Below, in pieces: positions 41,861-56,639 of a DNA stretch of 64,000 bases (position 1 is its first letter; the number at the start of each line of letters is the position of its first letter). Origin of the DNA: Eledone cirrhosa (lineage: Eukaryota); contig OZ024742.1 of the NCBI GenBank assembly GCA_964016885.1, forward strand, positions 314,650,001 to 314,714,000. Reading direction: 5' to 3'. The notes under the pieces are model-generated. The model saw only the letters and a program-made list of their open reading frames with translations. It searched no databases and was not told the origin of the DNA. The translations under genes and the position numbers were made by a program.

Positions 41861-43014
41861 AGAATAATAATATGTATCCAGAAACAATATTGTTTTCTGA
41901 ACGATGTATATGATATCTTCTCATATTCCGATTATGATTCACCACGGGAAATTATTCTTGAAATAAAAGCAGTTATGACTGATAATTAACATCATATATT
42001 TCGATGAATCTGATTTCGTATTTCAATTTTAGTTTTAGCTAGAGCACTCTTATATATTTCCGTAATATTCTACAAAAATCCACCATACATTAACGTCAAT
42101 CTTACATCTGGGACATGGAGTGTAAAATTCGATTTATTTTAGCTGCTGTTCTTTCCATATATCTGTAAAATCACTTAAGCCTGAACACGTTTATATCCTT
42201 TGCCAAGTAATTCATAATTATTTAGAGATCAGTCCATAATTCATCTATTTTCATCCAGGATGATTTAATCAGTGAAGCACTGATTTTCATTAACAAGAAT
42301 TATTTACTGGTTTCATCAAAACAGTCCGAATCAAAATCGGGTAAGGGATTTCTATGACTAGAAAGAAATTTATTTACACTTAATTGGAATCATAAAGCTT
42401 TCCGCTTAATAGAGGTAATGCTATGACTGCACTAATAGTTTAATACTAAACAGAAGCATTATATCATTGTAATGTTATTATGAGTTTATTGTAGAAAGAT
42501 CCGTTTCAGGTATAGATTCTAATTGCAAATGAAGAAAGAATTTATGATTAAAAATAAAATAAATTAAAGGAAAATATAAAAAAAAATTAATCTATAATTA
42601 TGTAAGAAAAGCATAATTATGTATGAAAATATAATACGATCATGATGTTAGAATTGTCTTCTGAAATACTTTAACGAAATATATCGGTGCATTTACCTTT
42701 ACTCTTAAAATTTATAGGAATTGAAATTCTAAAGGTTTTTTTGTGTTGTATAGCTTCCTGTTTACACTATACAAAATATAAAATCTCTAACAATATTTTT
42801 GTAGAAATTATGTGATGTCGTTCTGGATAATTTCTACAAAAAATGTTTTAATTGTCGTTATTGTGGCTGAAAACTGAAAGTATTAAATAAATATGAAATA
42901 TAAAAAATCATGAAATAGATATAAAGGAGAAAATAAACAAACGTTCCAACATATAAAAATATAAGCATAAAAATACATGCATACACATTCAGACACAACC
43001 CCATGTAGGATCAC

Positions 43015-44700
<1,686 letters not shown>

Positions 44701-45032
44701 CGAGTGGATATGTTTGTTTTTTATCAGTTTTCACGTAGAAGCTTTAAATATACAATTTATATATATGTGAAACCAATCCTAAAAAGGCAGAGCATAGATG
44801 TGCAATAGTAACATAAATCAATCATTATAAGAAGCTATTCCTTCTGTCAGATAAAGATAAAGCCTCCTTTTGAACTTCCAAACAATTGAAATGGACGTTA
44901 AAAATAAATATTTTAATGTCCTGATTTAAAGAAAACACTTTCTCTACTTGTTCACAATATTTCAGCTCAATTATATTTTAATGTACTAAACAAATTATAC
45001 ATTCACATATTTCTCTCTCTCTTTCTCTCTCT

Positions 45033-45095
<63 letters not shown>

Positions 45096-45544
45096 AAAGA
45101 GTTGCCTGCCAGATATCCTGCATGTTCTACGTCTCTTTACATTCAGTGTTAATATACCATACAGTAAGACTTTCCTCTTAACTATCCGGCATTGATTAAA
45201 TAAATTCCAGTTCACAAGCACGCTGATCAATAAAGCCTGTATAACATTGAAGGCGAAACTCCAATAACTAAAACCAGTAAAAATATTATATATCAATAAG
45301 TGTGCAATTGCATATATCGAATATTTAAATAATGCTTAGAGATTCTGTTAAAAATTGAAATTTATATACTCTACTAAACAAAGAAAATTAATGAAATGTC
45401 TATGAATATCGACAATGTTGCCTTTTGAGTTATAATTGAAATTGTTTGAGTGTATAAATTATTGGTATATCTATTTAGGTAATCAGAAATTAATTTAAAC
45501 GCGAAGATACGATCAAATTTTTCCACGAAATTTCTTATAATTAT

Positions 45545-45577
<33 letters not shown>

Positions 45578-45600
45578 CACACATACTTATATATATGTAA

Positions 45601-45633
<33 letters not shown>

Positions 45634-45647
45634 CTATATATATATAA

Positions 45648-45689
<42 letters not shown>

Positions 45690-46054
45690 CATATATGTAT
45701 ATATATAATATATGTGTGTATGTGTGTGTGTGTGTGTCTGTGTGTGTATACCTGTGATCTAGACTCCATATATCAAGATACATCACTTACATGCAAAATT
45801 GTATATATGTATGTGTGGGTGTGTGTCTCGGCATTCGTGTGAAAGGCAAAAGTAAATCCAAATATTTACACAAAGATTTAGATAAAACACTAGATAAATA
45901 TATCCACAGAATAAACCAATCGAAAATCAATACAATATAGTTAACACTCCAAACGTTTAATTGGGAATATTCTCCGGTATTTCCTAATGTATGTTGAGTG
46001 AGCTGGAAATTGTTCGGAGTATCGCTAATAGCTTTCTCCGTTTATGTAGTTATA

Positions 46055-46086
<32 letters not shown>

Positions 46087-46089
<3 letters not shown>

Positions 46090-46214
46090 GAAAAGATCCA
46101 GTACAACCGACGGCTAAGCTGCGGTCGTTCGACAGCTACATCTGAACTCCACTACCCCAAGTGTCGAGTAATCTCGTCGGTTATGGTCTAGCTGGTTTTT
46201 ACCACATCCTATCT
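46087..46214 (+). mobile_element. Diverged, internally deleted relative of the 46505 fold-back element
   Basis: Left arm (taggaaaaga...cgacggct...cgacagcta) is joined directly to the tail (actccactaccc...gttatggtc...ttaccaca). The right arm is absent. In (TA)n. Confidence 0.7.
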
Positions 46215-46230
46215 AATATATAAATTTATA

Positions 46231-46291
<61 letters not shown>

Positions 46292-46466
46292 TGAGAGAGA
46301 GAGAGAGAGGTATTAATACTATTTACATAATGATTGTGGGAGCTGTCATTGGCTAATGGCGAATGCTCATGAAATCCTTCTCAATGTACCAATATGTATA
46401 ACAAACACTCTATCACTGATTATGCACCCCCACACACTCACATACCCCCCACCCCACACACACACA

Positions 46467-46504
<38 letters not shown>

Positions 46505-46508
<4 letters not shown>

Positions 46509-46695
46509 AAAAGAGTCAGGACCCCGACGGCTGACCTCCGGCCGTTTCGACAGTTATTTCAGAAATAGCTGTCGAAACAGCTGGAGCTCAGCCGTCGGGG
46601 TCCCGATTCTTTTCCTATTACCCACTCTACTACCCATCGTATCGAGTAGTCTGGTGCGTTATGGTCCACCTGGTTCCTTACCACACTTCCTTCGT

Positions 46696-46696
<1 letters not shown>
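46505..46696 (+). mobile_element. Fold-back element: 113-bp palindrome + ~78-bp tail in (TA)n (probable Penelope-like end)
   Basis: 46505-46560 is the reverse complement of 46562-46617 with a few mismatches. gctgtcGAAAC near the centre resembles the 3' half of a hammerhead. Confidence 0.75.
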
Positions 46697-46728
<32 letters not shown>

Positions 46729-46788
46729 CTTCATATAAGTAGGCCGAATTACTTGCAAACCGCCAGAGATTCGATTTTACTGATTCCC

Positions 46789-46833
<45 letters not shown>

Positions 46834-49077
46834 AACACACACATGTATATGTACATATACACATATATGTATATATAATGATAAGTATGAAATTAAATTA
46901 GAATGGTAATGAATGTAAATTTGACGATGTTTACATTAGCAGGAAATAATCATTAAGGAAAATATATGTCGTAAAAACCTTTATAACGACAATGAATTAC
47001 ATAAAATGCTATGCTATAGACATTTATTTTCAGCGAAGTTTAATGACGGAGTATTCACATGAAAGCGATGAGATTAATCGGAATTACTTTAGTAAGTCAT
47101 TGAATATTAATATAGAATTCTAAAGATTTCTCAGTAAAAATTTGTTTGAGAATTCAATGTCAATGTTTAAAAGATCAAATCATTTCATATATTTGATCTC
47201 ATTTTCATCTAATGTATATGTGTGTATGTATGTGTGTTTGTATTTATGCGTGTGTTTCTTTGTGTGTTTGTGTGTATTCATGTGTGTATGAGTGTTCAAA
47301 TTGATATACATAAACCTATGTAATATATGTTTCTTGATATTATTTAATATTTCTAATGATGCATTTTTATATATGGGTGGTGGAGATACGGAATTAATTA
47401 CAATTTGAAGTCAAAACTATAACGAAATAGATAGCTCGCTATATTTTCCATGATATGATCTCGCACATAGTCAAGGCGCACTCTCTTAAATGAAGCTACA
47501 GGTATTTTTTATAGTTATAGTTCCGACTTCAAATTTTAAAGTTCACTTCACATGAGTTCAATCCCACTGTATAGAATTTGAGCAAATGTCAAAATCCATA
47601 GCTGTAACTACAATTCAGAGGGAGAACCTTGAGTTTATGAGAGAACTTGGTTTAATCTGTCATTGTAGATCGTTAATGTCATTGAACTAAATATTTCATA
47701 ACTTACAGGAACAGTCCCTTGGCATTTTTATATGAAACATATCTCACTAAGACAAATTATAATTTACTTGTTTCGTATGTATGTGTCTCATTACTGCGAA
47801 TGTACGTCGCTTTGTTGAAGACGTTGATGAAGATTTTCGTAGAAAGATAGTTTCACCAGGTAGTTGAATATAGATGTATACTTTACTATATATACATTTT
47901 TACTGGACAATTTTACATCTAACGCAAAGTGACTAATAGCATTATATTATGCTACTGGTAAATTGCGTAGATATTTATGTTTTTCTAAGTATTTATAGAA
48001 TATTAAGATTGCCTAGTCATAGGAACTTCGTAAGGCTACGTCGAATAAAATGTACCAATTGTTAACTTTGTATATGAACATGTTGTCTTTAAACAATTAA
48101 GTTCAACAAAACTATTTAATGGATTTTTTGCCATGGTCTTCGATGGTGCGAAGCTGAATCTTTTACTTTTAAGCTTTCTGAAGACGTGAGAAAAATAATT
48201 AAGTATTGCGTAATATTGAACAATATATATTGTAGTCAGCATATGCATATGTAGACTATTATAATAGGGACAGAAACATATGTTAACTCCAATAAATTAA
48301 TTCTATCTCCTCTCGTCGAAGTCTATATTTTTTCTTGGTACTATACTTGCTTATATATTTGTTCGTTTTTCAAATGCTGGTTTCACTGAATAGACCCCGG
48401 CTATACTGTGCGAAAGCTTTATATGCTTAAATGATTCTATTGAAACGAGCATGAATTAGAGTATGTATAACAATTTATTGATTTTTCTTTGGCCAATTGC
48501 GACTTCCTTAAACTTAATGGAACGCACCATAAATAACACTAGTGTTTAAACAGTAGAAATGTAAACACTGACATGGACACACCAACGCATACATATATAC
48601 GATGCGATTTGTCACTGTCGAAAACTACCGAATTCCAACATACTTATATACATACATACATATATATATATAAACATACATATATACATACACATATACA
48701 TACATCCATATATAAAAAATAAAAATACATATCTATATACATGTGTGTGTATGTGTGTTTGCGTGTATATATACATGTGTCTGTCTGAGTGTGTATTTGT
48801 GACAGGAGAATTGGTTATCTTTCCACACAAGCAAGGATATTATGAAAGGGTTTCGGGATGAAAATAGTCTCAAACGATTTTTAGATTTTGCATGACTTCA
48901 CATTTATCGAACACTCGCACTTTGTTCAAGTTATATTAAGTTAAATATTTTCATGCTATTTCTTGCCTTAAAATATTTTCATCTCCCTGTATTCACTCAT
49001 AAAATCTAATCCCGCAAATCTGTGACACCTTTACGGAAGATTAACTTAAAAGGTTGTATAGCGAAAATGATTTTCCG

Positions 49078-49112
<35 letters not shown>

Positions 49113-49141
49113 CATATACATATATACATACATAAATGTGA

Positions 49142-49217
<76 letters not shown>

Positions 49218-49302
49218 AGACATGCATGTATATATTCATTTTAGGCTTTTAAGCGGTGACAGTATGTATATATATATACATATATACATTATGGATGCTC
49301 AC

Positions 49303-49362
49303 ATCGTATTCCGACTTATGAGGGTTCATCAGTCTTCTGGGTTTGTTTTCTAATGGTTTTAA
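49303..49362 (-). CDS. Candidate 60-bp internal exon
   Basis: tgctatttacag|TTAAAA...TACGAT|gtgagc. Only phase 0 is open: LKPLENKPRRLMNPHKSEYD. Confidence 0.3.
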
Positions 49363-50329
49363 CTGTAAATAGCACGTCTGTCCATCTACTGATTTACATA
49401 TCAAACTGAATTTAGTGCAGATGACAGTATTCTGAGTGGAGAAGGATCGATATCTAGCCATTTATTCAGCATACTTGGGAGATTTATAGAGATTAAATTT
49501 AATGGCTGTCAGTTTGTAGAACGTAGCCGAAATTCCAATATAGTATGCATAACCTAGATATAATTCAGATTTTGAATTAGAAGCCTCACAGTGAATAGAA
49601 GGGAATGTAGACACATTATCTATACCTCATTCTATACACAGAAAAAGGTAGTTCTGTTATGATAAATCGTTTATATTAAATTCTTCTCACAGCATCGCTT
49701 CTAATTAAATGTCCCTAGTTATATCTGTAATACATTCATTCAATTTATATGTTTTTATGTGTAGGGGTGAGTGTGTGTGAGCTTCTGTAATTTTGTGTAT
49801 ATGTATGTTTGTGAATCTGGGTGCATATGTTTGCGTTCAACGTTGTTTCAGTACATACTTTACAATTTCGACCAACGCCTTGCAGAAAATTCGAAAATGT
49901 TTAATTATGATGAACATGAGAGTTCGTAATACTGACTTCATAAATATTAATGAAAATGACAATATTATGATGTCTTCAATATTCTGATAGTCAAAGAGGT
50001 ATGATAGTAGCGCCATTACATGGGAAATTCTCTAATCTTCAGTACAACACGATTCAATGTTATTAACAGATTTGTTTTCGAATATTTTTTAATGTACACA
50101 AAACATATCGTACAATGACAACCTTACTTGTAACTAACATTAATCCGACATAACATTCTAATGTGAAAACCAATGTTTGTTTAATGCATCATTTGTCATT
50201 ATTTGCTAGTTTTACTTTTATTAATCTGATATTTCCAACTATAATTATGATCAGTGTACTTGAATCACAGAGATTAATTTATTTTATTAGCGTAATAAGA
50301 AGTCAATCGGATCATGATAATATGAAGAG

Positions 50330-50620
50330 GGTGGTGATGATATTGACGATGATGTTAATGGTGCTGATAATTATGGTGCTGGTGCTGCTGCTGATGATGA
50401 TGAAGAAGATGCTGACGATGATGATGAGGAGGAGGAGGAGGAGAAGAAGAAGAAGAATGAGGAGGAAAAGAAGGATTAGGATGAGGAGGTGAATTACATG
50501 ATGATGTTGAAATGAAGATGATGATGACGAAAAGGATAACGAGGAAGATGATGATGGTGATGATGATGATAGTGGTGGTGGTCGTGGTGGTAGTTATGAT
50601 GACGATGATGATGATGATTG
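50330..50620. repeat. Compound trinucleotide repeat (GAT/GGT/GAG/GAA)
   Basis: Seen directly. Confidence 0.9.
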
Positions 50621-51029
50621 TGTTTTCCAGAAGAGGAAATACAAAAAGTAAATAGAAAAAAGGAAAATGAAAATGCCCATAGTTCGTTCAGCATTAGAAA
50701 TTGAAAGAAATCTTATATTTGAGTATTAAAATAATATTAGATATGCTATATTCCGTAATCATAGGTGAGGTATTGGTTCGAATCAGTGAACTTGGAGTTT
50801 AAATACTAATTTAACTGTAACTCATAAAGCCATGATTTCAGTAAAGGGAACTATCGGAGAAATATTTGTATAGGAATGCATTTTGTGGTCTCTAGAAAAG
50901 TGAAATTTGATATTAAAATCACCAGGGTTTGGACTAATGGTGTAAGTATGTAAACTTAAATACTAAAAGGCAATTAACATGGCTCTACTGTTTTGTTTTG
51001 TTTTATAGAAGCAACATAATAAAGATAAT

Positions 51030-51200
51030 GCTTTCTCATTTAGGCGCAAGATCAGTAATGTTGTTAGATGAAAGACTATTAAATCACACAGTACGTGACT
51101 GGTCCCCAGGAGGATAAACATGGAAGTAGTCCGCGATGAAATTTGAGCAGAGAACGTACAATGTCAGAAGAAATACCGCAAGGCATTATCTGACACTCAA
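51030..51200 (-). mobile_element. Degenerate SINE copy
   Basis: taggcgcaagatcagtaat...cagtacgtgactggt...aggataaa...aatttgagcagagaacgta. Confidence 0.55.
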
Positions 51201-51660
51201 ATATTGTGCATTATTCATTATATATGTATTTATATTTAGCTACATACATGTAGATGATTGGTACAGTAACCCGTCAGCGCATATCCCCTTTACGCTAACC
51301 ACCATCCACCACTGTTTAGTCACACAAAAGTATCACTGATTTTTCTTCGTTTAATACACAGGATCTAACCTCTGAATATGAAGTATAAGGTAAACACTAT
51401 TGCTTTGTTTTGTTATTACTACTTTAGTCTATTTTTGTTCCACTTACTATTCGCATTGTACGGCATAAAACGTATACCCATACATACGTACGTACATACA
51501 TGCATACATACATACATATATACATACATACATATTTAAATATATGCATACATACACACACACAGAAAGAAAGAGAGAAATATAGAGAGAAAGAGAGAAA
51601 GAGAGAAAGAGAGAAAGAGAGAGAGAGAGAGATAGGTAGATAGATAGATAGATAGATAAC

Positions 51661-52220
51661 TTTCTTTTTATTTGCTACCAGGACATCAAAGAATGGGACA
51701 AGTACAATGGGGCGAGTTTACATAAATAGGCGTCCTCACTAAGGAGGAGGCAATAACAAAATATAAAAATATAAAATATAAAATATAACAAAAATAAATT
51801 GAATAACAAAATCCTCAATAGGGAGGAGGCGCCTTGGGGGTCGCACCCTCCCCCCCCCCCCCCGAAAAAAGTGTGCAACCCTTCTCCTCAAATGCACAGA
51901 GAGAGGGTGCTCCCTTGATCTTTCATCTTTCTCACCTAGTCTGATGTAGAGTGAAGGCCCATTCACACGGGCCATTCTCGCCACTTTCACCCATCTTTCA
52001 TAGAAACGGGTGGGGTGCAGCACCTCTCTCTCCATCCTGATCCTTCTTCCGAAATGATATCGGAAGAAACGGACCAGTTGTTGGCCAGAGAGAAAGGTGT
52101 CTGACCTCAGTCCTTTCAGACGCGTCCACCATACAACCTATTTCGCCATGGCTATTACGCACAGAAACACCGCATCTCCTTCGTTTTTGAAGAGAGGAGG
52201 CGGCTTTTTGAAGAGAGGAA
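51661..52220 (-). mobile_element. 5'-truncated 3' end of a Tx1/L1-clade LINE inserted in (GATA)n
   Basis: PPLFKNEGDAVFLCVIAMAK*VVWWTRLKG...MEREVLHPTRFYERWVKVARMARVNGP is homologous to 56881-57162. A-rich 3' end (aataaaaagaaa on minus). GATA repeats on both sides. Confidence 0.88.
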
Positions 52221-53131
52221 GCTAGATAGATAGATGGATAGATAGATAGATAGAACTAGTCGTATCATGAGGAGTGAGCTTCGATAAAACCTTGCTTGTT
52301 TCATATTAAACAGTAGTTCATACAGTGAACCTCAGTTTAATTAGATGGCCTCGCTGTCGTGAATACCAGCGGCTTCGAATATATTCTAGCCATTAGAAAA
52401 ATCAAAACTGCTTCACTATTGATAGACTGGGGACTCAAGAAGAAGAAAGAAGAAGAAGACATCATAACAGCAATGTCTGCTGAGAACATATTTATACATC
52501 TATCTTCTAAATATCATGAAATAATGTGTTAGATTTGTTACTAATAGACCAAACATTTCAGAACGTAAGAAATAACCCTATGCTTGATTTCTGAATATTT
52601 CTTCGACCGCACTCGGTGAAATATTTAATTACACCTGTGATATTTAAATGTAAATGAAAATAGATAAACTTTCAATGGTTTTTATATATTTTTCTGTCGA
52701 TTTTCCAATCCAAACAATGTCTCTTATGCTAGGACTTTCTAAATATATGAAATATAAGGTATATTATTTACAATGCAGAAGAAACCCATGTCACATGTTC
52801 TGTGTGTTTGAAAGAGATGTACTGAAAGTGTGATAGACAAAACTGAAGGCATATAATAAGTAAATGAGATGGGCATAAAACTTCAACGAGACGATACTAG
52901 TGAAAAGCAATTCAAGAGAATATTCGCAAGCAGTAAACTTATCCCTGCAAAAATCACCAATCTAAGATGTTTGATTATAAGATTATATAAACTAATAGAC
53001 TGGATTAAAAATGCTTTATTCAATATATTGATTTAAAAGATATTGATATAGCCGATGGAGGGATATCAAAACTTGAGAAATACATTTAAAGAAACGGATA
53101 CGTGGTGTGTACGTTCAGAATATACCATTTG

Positions 53132-53172
<41 letters not shown>

Positions 53173-53534
53173 TTTTTATGAACAGATAACGTATCGATAC
53201 CTAAAATGGCATTGTAAGAATGTCATCAAAAGACATATCAATGAAACGGGTAGGAATGATTAACATGAAGACGAAAGCAGCAACTAAATATGAATAGTGT
53301 TGCGTAATTACACAGAAACGAATAAAACTTGAAGAAGCGACTAGGCCGACATATAATGAAAGAAAAGGAAAGCGATATTTGTCACAGAAAGTGCTAAAGA
53401 TAATCTCACGAAAGATCAAATCATCATAGATGTGGTATTTCCTTAATTATTTAATCTATTAGATATACAATTTAAAATTCTCACCTTATAAGAAATGTGA
53501 TTACGGACACAGACACACACACACACATACACTC

Positions 53535-53624
<90 letters not shown>

Positions 53625-54525
53625 GTATGTATAAATATAAAGATAAAGATAGTTAGCTAGAGAGATATATAGATAGAATAAATGTAACCTGTTTCGTATG
53701 TCGATGGTATCAAACGCGTATTTCTACCATCTTGATTATTGCTGCTGCTTCTAACGCTACTGCTGCACTGGTGAATTATTGTCTAAGTAATTTGATATTA
53801 TATATACACATGTGCGTGTGTGTATGTGTGTGTGGGTGTGGGTGGGTTCGGGTATATATGTGTGTGTTTTTGTATGAATCTGTGTATGTGTGTGTATGCG
53901 TGTGTATATGTGTGTGTATGAGTGTGTGGTGGGTGCGTGTATATGAAAAAGAAGTTGAGAATGCAATTGGTGTCTTTATTGGTTTCAAAGGTAAATGAGA
54001 TGGGAAGATGTTTGGCTATGCTGTGAGGTGTTTCTTGCATACAAGTTTCTCTCCAGCTCACCTAAAGTTTGAAAATCATTACAATGTGAATCCGGTAAAT
54101 TTATTGTAAATATATATTTTCAAAGACTCAAATCGCATGTTCAACTTTTCTTCCTTATATTATATATACATATATATACGGAAATATATATAGATATATG
54201 AGACTATGTGCGTTGTGTGTGTCTATGTATGTATATATCTATATGCATATTAATTTTAAACTTCATTACAATTGAAACATACTTATACGTTATATTTTAG
54301 AAGTAATCGGTAACGTTTATGAGTAGAATATATTTTCTTAAATTAATATATTTATTTACAATAACATACTGTATTTTAATAATGTGATTTACATGTTTAG
54401 ACATTGGAATTCGACAGAAGAGAAAATTAAATAATATCTGCAAAACACCACACGAAATGAAATAGAAAAATAATTATATGTAAACACAGATTAATATACA
54501 CCACCACAAATACACATAGTCATAT

Positions 54526-54557
<32 letters not shown>

Positions 54558-54651
54558 ACATACATATATATATATGTATATATATATATATGTATATATA
54601 TATGTATATATTTATGTGTGTGTGTGTGCGTGTATTTATATATATATATAT

Positions 54652-54734
<83 letters not shown>

Positions 54735-55561
54735 CATGTGTGTGTGTGTGTGTGTGTATGTTGGTATGTGTATATGAATATGTAGATTATACAAGTACCA
54801 AAATAAATAAAAGGAATACACAAAACACAGACATGCCAGCACTTGAAAATTGCACAAATTGATCTGAATGGCTTTTCACGGACATGTTAAAATTTATTTT
54901 TCTTTATCTGGTATATATAAATAATCAGAGGCTTCATCATCAATATATGATTTAAGTATGACTTTTGTTATATATATACTTATATATGTATGTGCATGCA
55001 CATATATCAATGTCTAATGTACAACATGTATGTATGACAATTATATTAGATCTAATATATATGATCTAATATTACATTTTCTAATTGATTTCTCGAGAGG
55101 CAATTGCTTAAACAAAGAATTATCCCACTTATTTAAGATAGGTAATGTTACATTTTATAACTTCTGAATTAATTTTCATGTAATGATCTATATGAGGAAT
55201 TATAACACGGAAAGAGCAATAGAATACAATTATGGTATATATACTATATATTTACTATTGATATAGTCGGAAAATAGAATGAGAGATAGAACAGAAATAG
55301 AAAGATAGATAAGAATAAAAACGGAAAGAAAAAGCGGTCAGTGTTTTCGGTTGGAAAAGACATGTGTAGTTAGTCAACGGTTTTGGATAAATGGCACTTA
55401 TCTAAAATAGTTAACGAACTAGACAAGTTTTGACATGGGAGAACAATGTTTTCCCGTTTTCCTTTATTCTTCTTTTTCTTAACCTCGTCTATCTATGAAA
55501 GCCTAAATTCCAGAAAACGAACGTATTCTTTCCTAAAATAACATATGTATTGTTCTCCCGG

Positions 55562-55594
<33 letters not shown>

Positions 55595-55618
55595 CCACTA
55601 AGACACACATATATATAA

Positions 55619-55707
<89 letters not shown>

Positions 55708-55710
<3 letters not shown>

Positions 55711-56136
55711 TAATTAGGAGTATTCCAAAGCTTGGTAGAACAAGTTGTGAGGAAAGTTCTCAACATACGTTAAGGTGACTCGACAGGTTGGTAAGTCATT
55801 CTGTAGTGAAAACACGAACAAACAAGGAGTGTAATCAAAAAAGAGAAATAGGACGAAGGTAAACAGTTACAAAGGATTTAATCCACGTATTAACAACTGT
55901 TTCATCAGAATTTCAGTCCATTATTGCTACACTATGTGATAATAGGCAATCAAGAAAGATACTGTGACATCCGAATTTTCAAAATACAATTTTGAAAATT
56001 CGGATGACACAGCATCTTTCTTGATTGCCTATTATCACATAGTGTAGCAATAATGGACTGAAATTCTGATGAAACAATTGTTAATACGTGGATTAAATCC
56101 TTTGTAACTGTTTAACTTCGTCCTATTTCTCTTTTT

Positions 56137-56140
<4 letters not shown>
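55708..56140 (-). mobile_element. Fold-back element: 152-bp inverted arms + ~125-bp tail in (TA)n; degenerate hammerhead
   Basis: 55834-55985 is the reverse complement of 55989-56140 (3-nt spacer, few mismatches). The tail is on the left. Long TA runs on both sides. Confidence 0.8.
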
Positions 56141-56175
<35 letters not shown>

Positions 56176-56566
56176 TTATATATATGTGGATAATTATGTT
56201 TGTTTCAATGATTGGCATGTTTCTTGATTATGATACATGCATAATCAGAATAATATGAGATATAGTATACTGTGTATATAGGTCTCGCCTAGAAATATCT
56301 ACAATCGGTTTCTGTGAATATACTAGGAAAATGTGTATACATTTCTTTGTATGTTTCTTTGAATATATTAGTTAATTTGTTTCATATTACTCACAAAATA
56401 TTTGGAGCCGCATGGTGTGCATTAAGGTGATTATGTTTAACAAAATATTTTTATGCAACATTCAATGAAAAGGTTTCTATGAAAACTAATAATGATATTG
56501 GTAATAACATTAAACTTAATGATGATGTTGATGATATTCATGATGGTGAGTGGCATTAATTAATTA

Positions 56567-56639
<73 letters not shown>

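Noticed and set aside
42106-42162. 57-bp exon-like segment (tttacag|...|gtaag) on minus strand
   Set aside because: Its only open phase creates a stop when joined to the nearest upstream candidate exon, so it is not listed as a feature without RNA data.
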